DNA of 61,892 bases, counting the filler, from Choristocarpus tenellus KU-1152 (taxonomy: Eukaryota; Protista; Phaeophyceae), in NCBI GenBank assembly GCA_964200185.2. It is 13 parts of 13 records of this genome, joined end to end, with 100 filler letters (N's around TTAATTAATTAA, not from the genome) between each part and the next. Parts side by side here need not be neighbours in the genome. Positions count along the whole stretch, not along the records: positions 22,977 to 30,807 come from CAXNAD020005517.1; positions 30,908 to 37,889 come from CAXNAD020006924.1; 11 more parts are not named here. One strand, 5' to 3'. A program made the translations under genes and the position numbers. Below, piece after piece: positions 25,918-37,264 of this stretch; the stretch's first letter is position 1, and each line of letters begins with the position of its first letter. Under the pieces are notes generated by a model. The model did not search any database, was not told the origin of the DNA, and saw only the letters and a list, made by a program, of their open reading frames with translations.

Positions 25918-26724
25918 AGTGTTTCTCTTCTCAGAGAAAATCCTCCTGAACAACCTCCTGTGTAGAGTGTGGTACACAAACCAGATATCGCGAGCCGAAC
26001 GTTTCCCTCGCCACAAATAACGGTTTCATGTCATGATTTGGTATTAAGATATAATAAAACCTAAACCAGGGCCCTCTGTCAAGACCAACCAGCAAACGAC
26101 CGTCTGAAATTCCCGCACTCGTTTCACACACTCAATATTTCTTCCTCTGACCGATGATAGTGAATCTTAGGAGTTGGGAGCTTGTAGGACACAATCCTAA
26201 TGCTGAGCAAGAACTCTTGAACTTATTGCACGACACATTTTGGGTCACTCCACTCCATAAGGCTTCTCTGCCGATCAATCATGGAGAAAACTTACCCTGG
26301 GTAGCTTAGTAACCCTAAACTAATGTTGGGGGCTGGAGACTGACTGTGACCTGAGGAGACCAGCTACCAGCCCCCATTCAAACTACAGAACCCTTGTTGA
26401 GCTCTGAACGAAAAAAATGAATCCTCACAATAGTCGAGCCTTACCATAAAACATGAAGTTTGTATACAGTTGTGTCGCACATTTCTTAAGGAAATGGAAC
26501 CTGTCCTTCTATTGTGTGTAGTGGCACCTACCAACCACACAAAGACCCGTGACCTGTTCGGTGGCGTCCCCATTCTGATTAAACTCAAATCTGGCAGAAA
26601 AGTCAGACTAAAACGGTCGACAATCCCTGGATAATGATAGCGAAGCTGCAAGATAATGTCTTCCTTAATGATATATTAGTTTAGAGTGTATACCGACGTT
26701 GCTGTTTGTCTCTACACAAGACAA

Positions 26725-26983
26725 GAGTGAAAGTATCTTAGAGGGTACGATTTCTGCTCTGTTTGTCCATTTGGGGCTTGGCTTCGCACGGGTTTTTAAT
26801 GACATTTTACCTACTCCAAGATGTTCTGAAGTAGGAAAATTGTTTACAATATGAAAAGGTGTGTGCGGAACAAGGATATTGACATCTCCTAACAAACATG
26901 ATAGCCAAAATTACATCAAAATTGCAACATTGGGTTTTGGCCGCCAAATGGACGCGGCTCTACCCTCTAAGATACTTTGACTC
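26725..26983 (+). mobile_element. MITE family B
   Basis: GAG..CTC termini, TIR AAAGTATCTTAGAGGGTA, 4-bp TSD ACAA. Confidence 0.92.
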
Positions 26984-26989
26984 ACAAAC

Positions 26990-27900
26990 CAGGTAGTTCA
27001 TGCCCACACAACTACATTTTACAGACTGACTAGTAAAACATGTGGTCCAGCAGTATGACAATGTCCACCACACACTGTACACATAGTTCATCGACGACCT
27101 AGATGATACCTTCAATAGAGGCAGCAATACTTAACAGGATAATACAGGTGGGATGACGATTCCACTAGGTGATACCCTTATCTAACTGCCATTCAATGTC
27201 ACTAGATGATTGCTGTCACATATTGGCTACCTACTCCAAAAAGTACCTGCAGCTCCACCGATGGTGTATGTGTGTCCCAGCACATACTATCAAAACAAAA
27301 AGGGCTCAAAACAACATGGACGAGTGAGAGGAGGCTGCGACACCAAAGTACTCACGATGTGATGTCTAAGCTACAACCAGAACGTTTCCACGACCTAAAA
27401 TCCAAATAGAACCCAAATAGAAATCGACTTAAAATGGAAGTTGCTTCCTAGACATTTTCTTCTGTATACACCAAGTTTCACTCAACAGCCTTGACCTCAA
27501 CAGGATACGCTTTTGTCGATGCTATCCATAAGAAGTACTTGATCTGTCCCAATATCTAACCCTGCCCCCTTCAACTAATGGCACATTTAAACGCCATTTA
27601 CAATGTTTTGTCGATATACAACATTGAAAGCTTCCAAGGGCGTCATATACTCATATGTGGAATTCAAGTGACTACACCCAACCATACGTACAATAGCACA
27701 CTTAGCAACAACAGCCCTTCGAGATATTTCTTCATTGCTCCTCACTTACTTGCACAAGGCTTCCGCTTCGATACCTTAGGTATCATTTTGGCACAATCTA
27801 CGAGGGTCTCTTCTCTTTCCCACGACACTACCAAGCCACCACTCCAACGAACTTCATACATAACATTACAATGCCCCCAATTCCTCTTATCAATCTGCTA
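26990..27900 (+). mobile_element. Heavily decayed non-LTR retrotransposon RT remnant
   Basis: ~27042-27105 reads VVQQYDNVHHTLYT*FIDDL, resembling GVxQGDxLSPxLYxxFIDDL; extent uncertain. Confidence 0.35.
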
Positions 27901-28184
27901 AGAACGCCAGTTGCTCTAGTTGAATTGTCTTCCATGGATCAACTGCTTCAACACCCTCCACACTCAACAAAAATAGTGGAGCATTCTCAGCAAATCGATG
28001 TATAACAAACGTGATATACCTTAAGGTAAAAAAGTTGATGGGTATATTTTCTTAGGGTGTTCACATAGCTTGCATCATCTCAGCACGAGATTCGGTTAGA
28101 AATTTCTGTCTTAGCACGACGAGGAAGTTCCAGAGACAACGCAATTCTTCCCTACCCTTCCTTGACATTCCTTTATAATATGCA

Positions 28185-28605
28185 TTGCCATAGCCTCAAC
28201 ACCTTAAAATGTCCTGTCCAGCATGCAGCCAACTTCTTCTTCAACTTCTGCTGACTACGCTGCTTCTCTTCTAAAAACACTTCTCCTAAGGTTGAGGGAG
28301 CATCATAAACCCAACTTCCTACGTTCTACTCTGGGCCATTAAAAGCCCACTTTGAACATTAATTCTGTATTTTGTACTTCTTCAATCTTTCCTCCTCTGC
28401 ATCACTTTCCCTTACCAGATCATATGCCAAACGCTGTTGATTCTGCAACCCAGTAAAAACTCCTTCTGGTCTGTCATATTCTTGATCCAAGACTGTCAAT
28501 GGATCTCGAGCTCTACCCTTCCCAAATGTATAACGTTTAGGACTAATCCCATGGAAGCCTGCGCATGATTGTTATAGGCTGCTCCTACATGGGACAAACG
28601 ACGAC
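28185..28605 (-). mobile_element. Ty3/Gypsy integrase C-terminal remnant
   Basis: Broken frames give LSHVGAAYNNHAQASMGL, IHLGR, QQRLAYDLVRE, WVYD and KKKLAACWTGHFKVL (GPY/F-type motif). Confidence 0.7.
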
Positions 28606-29144
28606 GACATTAAACAGTAAAATACGTTGTTCCCACCAAGAGTTCGGCAATCACATACTGAAATTCTAATTTATACGGACTTATTTACCAAGTGAATGAA
28701 TGAATATAATAACCGGAATTTTATTTTCCATCAAGTATTGATTGATTTGAACAAATATTAAATTACATTCTGATAAAAACAAAGAAAAGATGAAGGCATT
28801 CTCAAGTCATAACGTGATACAAAAGACCTTATTTTGTGGTTACACTAATATTTCAATAAGTGCCTGTTGTGCTGAACAACATAAAAAATGTTTTAGTAGT
28901 TACACTAATAATTCACTAAGTGTGGTGGTTCAACAAAGTATTCCCATTAAATCTGTTTTTGGAAGTACTTGTAGGAGTTCAAACCTTCGTAGGCATCATG
29001 TTTAAGGTGTAAGAAATGGGTTATTGTTGTAGTTCAAATACTTGAATAGTCATGAAGGAACCAATATTGCATTATAAATTAAAGGCAAACGCAAGTAGGA
29101 GTAGCAGTATTTTCTCTGACACGCGGAAGTATTGAGACATCACA

Positions 29145-29688
29145 TCATATTTATTTTTATGCCCTCTGACATTTTGCAGATGTGTCAGGGGAAAAACCAA
29201 TGAAAAAACATTCAAATGTCAGAACAAACCCTAAAAAAGTAACAGTTGTCGTAAACATGAAATATATTTTCTATCATAATTCTGTTTATGGAAGTAGAGT
29301 ACCATACAGTGGTTCATGCAGTCCATCCAAGGATAAGGAATTGATGAAAACACACGATAGCATTTAAATGGTTCTGGTGTTCGAAGTGGTTCTCTCAAGA
29401 CGTGTCATACGTTTAAACCTGGAGACACCAAGGAGATGGGTAAGGAGGGGCCTGTCAGATTCTTGGGATGCTTCCCTAGCTCCTCGCCGAGTTGTGTAGG
29501 GCTAAGGTAGGTTAGAGGCATAGCGGCAATATATACATCACATTGTAATTGCAAGCTTTTATGGGAGTATAGCTGGTCCTCAAATAAGAATAGTTACGAC
29601 AAATGTTACTTTTATAGGGATCGTTATGATACTGGTTTGATTCTTTCCCTCACACATCTACAAAAAGTTAGAGGGATCATAAAATATT
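29145..29688. mobile_element. Family C element containing a CRE-like 3' tail (29383-29530, +)
   Basis: Inverted ends GCCCTCTGACATTTTGCAGATGTGTCAGGGG and CCCTCACACATCTACAAAAAGTTAGAGGG; interior reads EVVLSRRVIRLNLETPRRWVRRGLSDSWDAS. Confidence 0.65.
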
Positions 29689-29779
29689 CTTATAGAGGGA
29701 GTTTTCTCTCTAGAGAGATTTGGTTCTAGATGTCGTGTTCTAGGGTCGAAAACTATCGAACACTCTTTGGGAAGTATGT

Positions 29780-30035
29780 ACTATTATTGATAACTGTTTT
29801 TTTCGTCACGTTAGTCTGAGAGCTCTCAGACCTATGGTCGAAAACGTAGCTCAAAGTAGGCGATGCACAATGCTTGAGAAAAGGAAACAAAGGACCATAA
29901 AAGATGGAACAAAGTAGAGCGAAATGGAATGAAAGGGAAGAAAATAAATTTAAAAGAAGAGTAGAACTTGAAGGAGAAAAACACCATTACCCATAATAAA
30001 CAAGGGGAAAAGAAAAAAAAACAAAGGATAACCCC
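29780..30035 (-). mobile_element. 3' UTR fragment of the RTE-like LINE family
   Basis: Reverse complement resembles 61175-61440 (pyrimidine tract then CGACCAT..GTCTG..CTCT.AGA). Confidence 0.55.
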
Positions 30036-30210
30036 ACAAGCATTAAGTAGACTGATCGTGAGGGTGTTGGTGGCTTTGGCGACCTTACCTCCTGCTTTGA
30101 TATGGTCTACGTCGCCTTCAGAGTCTCCTTGGAATGCTATTACCCCATGAACCTTGTTGTACCGCTAGCTACACACTCATACTAAATAAGGGGAGGTTTA
30201 GGAAGTAATC

Positions 30211-30510
30211 AGTTTGTGAGTGGGAGAATTCTGATAATTATAGGAATGATATACAGGAGGTAAGGGAGAGGCAGATCAAGGACCTATCACGATTTGATGC
30301 AATAATTATTGGTGGCGGGGTCATTGGTATTGGGTATAGTAGTAGTTTCATTTTAAGGCACGCGTAAATTGGAAATAGGCATGTCAGGAAATAAGGCGTG
30401 TTATTTTCGGTTGACATTAGTAAGGGAAAGTTTATGAAGTGATTAGTTTTGTGAGTGGGAGAACTCTGCTAAATATAGGAATGATGTACAGGAAATAAGG
30501 GAGGGGTAGA
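30211..30510. repeat. Two ~65-bp direct repeats (~30211-30275 and ~30446-30510)
   Basis: TTTGTGAGTGGGAGAA.TCTG.TAA.TATAGGAATGAT.TACAGGA occurs twice. Confidence 0.8.
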
Positions 30511-30690
30511 GATGAGGAAGGAAAAAGAAAATTCAAGGGTTAAACGAGGAGTTAAGTACTCAGTGGCGAGAGGGGTTCACATCGGTTGGTCATCGCAGGG
30601 GAGGGGTGACGGGAAATCCGTGGCGAAGAGATTGCACTGGTTGGTCACAAGTGGGATGAGGGAAATGGGTGGAATGCAAACATAGAATAA

Positions 30691-30743
30691 AATAATAATA
30701 ATAATAATAATAACAATAACAATAACAATAATAACAATAATAA
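30691..30743. repeat. (AAT)n/(AACAAT)n microsatellite
   Basis: Direct reading. Confidence 0.95.
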
Positions 30744-30949
30744 TTGTGGAAAGCATGTTTGTCTGTTATTATACCGTTATTGCCTTATTCCATATACCGT
30801 TATACCGNNNNNNNNNNNNNNNNNNNNNNNNNNNNNNNNNNNNNNNNNNNNTTAATTAATTAANNNNNNNNNNNNNNNNNNNNNNNNNNNNNNNNNNNNN
30901 NNNNNNNGATTGCCGCCCCTGCTGCAGTCTTTGCGGGGGGCTGGAAGAG

Positions 30950-31121
30950 TGTGGGGGGGGGGGTGGCGGCTGCACATTTGGGGGCAATTTTTTTATGTCG
31001 TGATTTTGGGGTGATGTGGTTGCATACATCGGATGGATAATGTAAATGCACTTTTCCTTATTTGGGGTCAAATGGACGACACCCTGGTGTAGACCCCCCC
31101 CCTCCAAAGACACTTTGGGTC
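30950..31121 (+). mobile_element. MITE family A, left end damaged
   Basis: Body matches 24467-24645; ends CACTTTGGGTC. Confidence 0.85.
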
Positions 31122-31737
31122 GAGGGGTCATCCTGGGGATATTTCCCAGCCTGGACTCTTGGTGGCAGTGACTTTGCCACATATGAAACTACATTTGATA
31201 GCTATTTCGGAGTACTCAGTATGGGAGAGTTCAAGAGGGAAATGGCCAAGGGAGCAGCCATATGTTGGACATACAGTAGTAAGTTGATTTATGTGAAGAC
31301 TAGCAAGTATTCTATGGAGTGATAGCTCAGTGCAGTAGGCATGCAGAAGATACAATTGGATGAGTTCTCGATAAGAAAATGTTTAAAAAACACTGAAATA
31401 TTTGATGAAGAGTTATACATTTAAATCTTGTGTGTTGAGGGGGAAAGCACACCATAACTACCCATTGCATATAAACACTTGACCATGTCGTCATGAAAAA
31501 AACACCGTAAAAATGAACATCTCTATGACAAAATTACGGTGCTTCACCCTATCTACTACGAGTAGAGACAATAACATCAGAGAACATCAAACGCCAAAAT
31601 ATCATAGACCAAGAAGAGGACTTGGTGTCCAAAATGGACGCACCAGTCAGGGGTAAACAAACACAAATCGTACAAAAAAGGATGAACACACAAAAACATC
31701 GAACACCTGTGAAATATCTGTGTACCATTTCGCATAA

Positions 31738-32766
31738 TCATTGCAAAAATGTGAGGGTGGCAATTGCAAGACATGCCAGTGTAGCTGCAAATGCAAAGAA
31801 CCTATTGGGTGCATTGCCTGAGTAATGCGCCCCACTAATTGTCCTCAAAGATGAATCACCGTTCAAACATTCAGAAAAATCTATGTTTGGGCAATCAGCA
31901 ACATCCATAATGTCCTCATTTATGACCTGGTCGAGGTATGCTAGGAAAGAGGTGCTTGATCCACAGGCTGATCCTGTTTTCTCTGCTTGACAGCAGTAGC
32001 TTCTTGCATAGTAATCACAAAGAGGCAGCGATGAGTCCTCATACTCAAAGCATTCACTGTTGAAGTTCGATGTCGCAGTTCCAACAAACTCTTTAATGCA
32101 ATCCAAACACAAACCATCATCTATATCGAAACACAACTCTGCGGCAGAGTTTCCATCGATAGTGGAGTTCCTCGTCTCAGAAAAATCGTCCGAGGAAACG
32201 GTGCCATTCACACTTCCACTGGAATCGTCATTGGCTGTGTCCACGTCTAAGCAGGTCGAGAAATCCAAAAAATCAACAATCTCCGGGCATCCAATACCGT
32301 TCATTGAATCGTCAACGAAGCGGTAGAGATGAGTTTGAAACGTGGCACTTGATGTGCATTCTGTTCCCAAGGTCGCTGCTGCACAACAGTGAACTTCTGC
32401 CATGTCTGGACACGCGGTAACCGTCGAGTTTGCGCACTCGCCAAACAATGTTGCGTTGTTGAAGGTCGTCAGGCAGGTTGAACAAACACTCCCAAGTCCA
32501 CACTCATCATCATCGCCGAAGTTGTAGGAGTAGGTGGAAGTGGAGGAGGATGAGACGTCATCACCTGAGTGCAGCCACCTGATTTCACGTCCGTATGCGG
32601 GAGCCGTGTAGGAATCATCATCTATCTCCAGTTCTTCAGGTGACGCCAATCTCGCGGTTATGGGGACAGATTGGTCACGAAGAGCCGATACCGGACCAAG
32701 TAGGGCCAAAATGCCAACCAGCGGGCGGAGGCAGGTACCAGCACGACGAGGAGTCAGAGAAATCAT
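31738..32766 (-). CDS. Predicted GPI-anchored surface protein with two 10-cysteine domains, single coding exon (342 aa from ATG 32766)
   Basis: Longest ORF in the window; signal-like LVGILALLGPVSA; two CxxC..C..C..CC..C..CP..DFSxC repeats; several N-x-S/T sites; hydrophobic C-terminus FFAFAATLACLAIATLTFLQ after small residues SGA. Confidence 0.85.
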   Translation of the reverse strand: MISLTPRRAGTCLRPLVGILALLGPVSALRDQSVPITARLASPEELEIDDDSYTAPAYGREIRWLHSGDDVSSSSTSTYSYNFGDDDECGLGSVCSTCLTTFNNATLFGECANSTVTACPDMAEVHCCAAATLGTECTSSATFQTHLYRFVDDSMNGIGCPEIVDFLDFSTCLDVDTANDDSSGSVNGTVSSDDFSETRNSTIDGNSAAELCFDIDDGLCLDCIKEFVGTATSNFNSECFEYEDSSLPLCDYYARSYCCQAEKTGSACGSSTSFLAYLDQVINEDIMDVADCPNIDFSECLNGDSSLRTISGAHYSGNAPNRFFAFAATLACLAIATLTFLQ

Positions 32767-34329
32767 GGTCTGCAACCGTCTCCTTGTCGTTACTATCTGT
32801 GGGCATGAGTGCGGTCCATCGAATTGAGTGAGGGAGAGGTGAGCTAGATTGAGGCAGTTCCTATTTTGCATGGGTAATGTAGGCACGTTGAGTAGGGTGT
32901 TGAATTATAGCGCGATGTAAGGGCGTACCAGGTCCCCTGAGTAGTACTGGTGACTCATAGTTCGATACAGAGAAAGGGGGTTGAGTAGTTCAACGAAATA
33001 CGTAGGTTCCTCGTCGTTAAGTATCATTAGGTATTTGGCAATTTTGTCTATGGTCCACGCGTTAACTAGTAGATCAATAGAGAACAAACCAAGTCAATAG
33101 GCACCAAGATTTGACCTCAGCGAACTTCTTCTCACTAATAATTCACCAGTGGATACAACCAGTGTGTGAGATTATGATGGATGTGAAGGTTGTGCAAAGA
33201 AGCTCCCACAAACATGACCACCTCGTGAGGAAGATGTACAGGACGATACTGATGTCAGAACGACAGGGGCGAAGAAACACGTTGCAAGAACCACAGGCAA
33301 AAGAGTATAACCGCACGTGAACTTGCCTGCTCAACGCTGTAGTAGGAGCGAGAAAACAAGGTAGAGGAAGGACACAGGATCGTCTTCCAGGACGAGGTTG
33401 TTGTGATCAAGTACTTTACCCAGGGCAGAATAGAGAGAGGTTGAGCTTGTGTATTGCTGTGAGTAATGTTGATCTTGCTAGTTGTTGCGACACTTCTAGA
33501 GTCATCATGTCACCCACACATCGGGATCCATAGCCGAGATCCAGCACTTCACTGGATACCTCCGTCAAGTATATTACTGGTTCGATACTGGATATTGCCT
33601 ACTATCTATAAATAGTACAAATACAAAACATGACCTGATACATCCCGAATTCCACCAACAATCCCGAAGTTGGGATATTAATGTACTGTTGTTTACTGTA
33701 ATACACATATTTTATAGAATTAATAATAGTACGGGATTGATACCAGATTGATGTGATAATTCACATATTTTATCTTCATCTATCCATTTCCAATATCTGA
33801 TTTCAGATTTATGTAGATGATATTAGTATGTCAATTCAAAATCATAAACAGTATCCTCCTTCCTTCCCAATAAACATAAACATGGACTTTTTATTTTTAG
33901 AATCGGATGCGGGAGTTCTTTTCGTGAAACCTAGTTTTGATTTCCACTTGTAGACTTCAACTACTAAAATCATTGTAGAATGTTGACAGTCGCCTTGGAT
34001 TAACTTTGTCGTGCCATAACTTTTGATCAACAACATTTTTTTCATGAAAATTCGTTTGATGTAATCGCATCCGCATTCTTAACCGTATTGGATAAGTCTT
34101 GTTTTGTCAAGTTGGAGTAATCTTGAGAAATACATGACCACACTTAAATCAAGTAGTCCGCACCGCGCATTCAAGGATGATTTTCATGTCAAAGAGGCCA
34201 TGTTCACCTACCTGAAGAACATGGGCGTTGTCTCTCCATTCTCTTTCCATTAATTCCTGTTTATACGATGTTGTCACCTGCTGATAAAGGCTCACTCATG
34301 GGGGCCCAGGCCTCTGAACCAGACAATCC

Positions 34330-34515
34330 ATGCTAAGTGCAGGCCTTCTGTGAGACATAAATGTCTTGTACACCCTGTCCAATTTGGTGCTCTCCATGAC
34401 TTTCTCGTTGGAATATATCAGGTGGTAAGCAATACTCATCCCGAAGAACCTCTCCACAATTACTCTGGACACCTCCCCTTCCTCCTCAAGACTGACAGGA
34501 ATGTTGGCTCTCATT
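34330..34515 (-). mobile_element. PIF/Harbinger (ISL2EU-type) transposase C-terminal remnant
   Basis: SRVIVERFFG resembles the RVxVExxFG motif carrying the catalytic Glu; short and degraded. Confidence 0.45.
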
Positions 34516-34531
34516 CAAGGCGACGTACCGT

Positions 34532-34681
34532 GGCCTCGTACATAGTGGTTCGCCGGCCCCCAGGCTATCTCTATCGGGTTCAATTCACAGTGTCCTGTGA
34601 AGGGCAGGCCACAATTCGGAGCTCATTGCGCGTCACAGTGTCCTGTGAGTGGCTTAAACAGTATTAAGCCGAGGTTAGCCC
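34532..34681 (+). mobile_element. tRNA-derived SINE, 150 bp
   Basis: Perfect 9-bp flanking duplication ACGTACCGT (34523-34531, 34682-34690); starts GG; A-box-like TACATAGTGG (34539) and B-box-like GGTTCAATTC (34577). Confidence 0.7.
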
Positions 34682-34705
34682 ACGTACCGTTTTGACGATT
34701 ACATA

Positions 34706-35105
34706 TCTTGTTTTTTTTAAAGGTTACCCAACGAGTTAATAGACGATCAGCATATATATGTCAAGTTTTTGCAAACTATATGCACAAAACTAGATAATTT
34801 AGAAAATATCCTTTCAATTGCAAAAAAGTACAAAAATGTTTTTGCTTCCGTATCAAATGAAAGCTCTTGATCTAGGCTATCGATTTACGCAAAGGAATTC
34901 TTTCGCAAAAATATTTTTGGTCGTGATAATTCATTCCGAAACATTTTCAAGGTTGTACCGAAAACATTCGGTTAAAATTTAACCTTACCAAAATACTATT
35001 GGGAAAAAAATCGTTTCCGTAAATCGATAGCTTAGATCAAGAGCTTTCATTCGATATGACGATCGCCATTTAACTCGTTGGGCAACCTCTTCAAAAAAAA
35101 TTAAG
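34706..35105. mobile_element. Non-autonomous DNA transposon (MITE) with TIRs and an internal inverted motif
   Basis: AGGTTACCCAACGAGTTAA (34721) vs TTAACTCGTTGGGCAACCT (35070-35088); internal ATGAAAGCTCTTGATCTAGGCTATCGATTTACG mirrored at ~35019-35056. Confidence 0.8.
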
Positions 35106-35394
35106 ACCAGTCTAATCCTAGAGGCGACTTGCAACACCATAGACCTCAACATCTTACGTTTAAAACACATCTGTTTGTAGTTAGAAAATTGATACTTTTT
35201 TGGTCGAACCTATCCACGGATAGGGACAGGTACGCCAACACACACCGATGGTGAAGCGTCTAGGTGCACACGGGGATTCGACAGCCAGCCTCCTAAACAG
35301 GATCCGCTTCGACTCTTTCTGAACGCAATTAGCCTCCTTACCAAATAATGAAGTGGAACAAGGTAATCCTCGCTAGCCCAGCTCGCCACCTGAG

Positions 35395-36180
35395 CCAGTA
35401 TGGACAAGGGGCAAATGCATGGGCCTCAACACAACCCCTGGAGCTGGCATGCCAGATCCCCCCCACAGAGCTTACACTCACTGCCAGCAGATCCCTACGG
35501 GGGGAGGAGGCCCAATCGGACAGGTGCCCGGTCACTGGGTGCAAAAGGCAAAATGTAGACACCAGACATGGGCGTACCTACCCCAGGGCAGAAGGACCGG
35601 TTCGCCAACACACACCAATGGTGAAGCATCTCAGTGAACTCTGCAAAGGAATGGGCATCCCTTGCACTATGGAGGATGGTAGGTCGTTTACATTGGACCG
35701 AAATTTCCGCATAGATCTGGTCTTCCATGCTGGGGCCTACCAGGACAAAGGCCTCCTCCTAGATGTTGTGTTTACAGAAAGAGGTGCAGACAAGATCCCA
35801 TCTACCCCACTCATCCACCACCAGCAATGGTGCAGCTGCTGCTGCAGCTGAGGCACGAAAGCGCGCCCACTACGAGGGCTCTTTTGACCCTCGTAGTTAT
35901 AACCTTAACACCTTGGCGGTAGAAAGTTTCGGGCACCTTGGTAAGCAAGCGGAAAGTTTTCTAGATTAATTAACTACGCATCCAGTAGGGGGGAGAGTGA
36001 CAGGAGGCTACAGCAGGAAAGGGGCTATCAAATCCCGTCTAACCACAGATGTCCCTTTCCAGACATGCCATGCGTTTTGATCTGGACACACCAAGGAGAT
36101 GGGCAAGGAGGGGTTTGTTAGATTCGTGGGATGCTTCCCTAGCCCCTCACCCTGGCTTGACCCATGGTAAGAGGCACTAC
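35395..36180 (+). mobile_element. CRE-like non-LTR retrotransposon 3' part: Zn knuckle + restriction-like endonuclease, frameshifted
   Basis: CPVTGC..DTRHGRT..RQH, RIDLVF, LLLDV, AAEARKRAHY, LAVESFGHLG, ending QMSLSRHAMRFDLDTPRRW. Confidence 0.8.
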
Positions 36181-37264
36181 TGAATCCACAACTTGTTCTA
36201 TCTTAATTGCACTCCAACTGCTCGTGCCTTGCACCTTGCACATTTTGCTTTAGTCATCCCACTGTTTGTCCCTCCACCCCCTCCCTCAAATGTTGTGCTG
36301 GACCCACCTCGGTGTCCCTCCCCAATAAAGCCTTGCTACCTCTTTTTTGAAAATCAAGCGTTTTTGTGGTAGTTTTAACAGACGCAGGATAGTGTAGGCA
36401 GGTAGGTGTGCAATCTAGGAGCTAGGACTACAATCCGTGGTTGTCACTACGTGGACAACACCAGATAATCGAAAACAGGATTTCACGAAAAAGTTTGGTG
36501 TGGTAGATGTTTGCAACCATGACTTCCTACTAGGATGCACACTATCGTTCCTACCACCGACCTACAAGTTTAATCTACACCACTATCTGTTGTACCACTC
36601 GTCCTTGTACTTCAGTCCTTGGTAGTCTATTAGATTTCTTTGATGCAATTAGTGTTTTTTTCAAACCCAACCGAGGTCAGACGGAATCTAGTCTCAATGG
36701 TTTTGGAAAACAGAGTTCAAGACACTAAAGAAAGACGGGAAATAATGTATAGACGCCTCCTTGGGTCTATGAACACCTGTTTCTTCAACATTGTTTGTCC
36801 AAGTCAAATATTGATACCTCGAATAAACCAAGAACCTACAGGATGAAATCCATGGAAGACCACGAAGCTGGCGAGGGTCATGTACCCAACCAGGCCAATG
36901 ATTACCCTTCTCAACCACCGGTCTCTATTCCAGACCCCCTCACCAATGGATCTCTAGAAGGGGGATCAATCCCAGCCCAAGAAAAGGTACCTCCACCCCC
37001 TCCAGCCGCTTGACCCTCATCATTTGAAATGTTGCTGGGCACATCATTCGTGGCTCTTCTCTTTTGGTTGATTTTAGGAATGCGTGTGTGTGGGTTGGGG
37101 GGGGTGGACGACATGAATGTTAAAACCTTTGTTTCGCCAGGCAGAGGAAACGTCCTGACTACCCAAAAACTCAGTTGTAAAAAGGAGAGTCCATCTGTGA
37201 TCTTTCACCTGTGTTGGAAAAAATGCTTCAAACAAAAAATATATCACAAGAGTTCTGATTGAGG

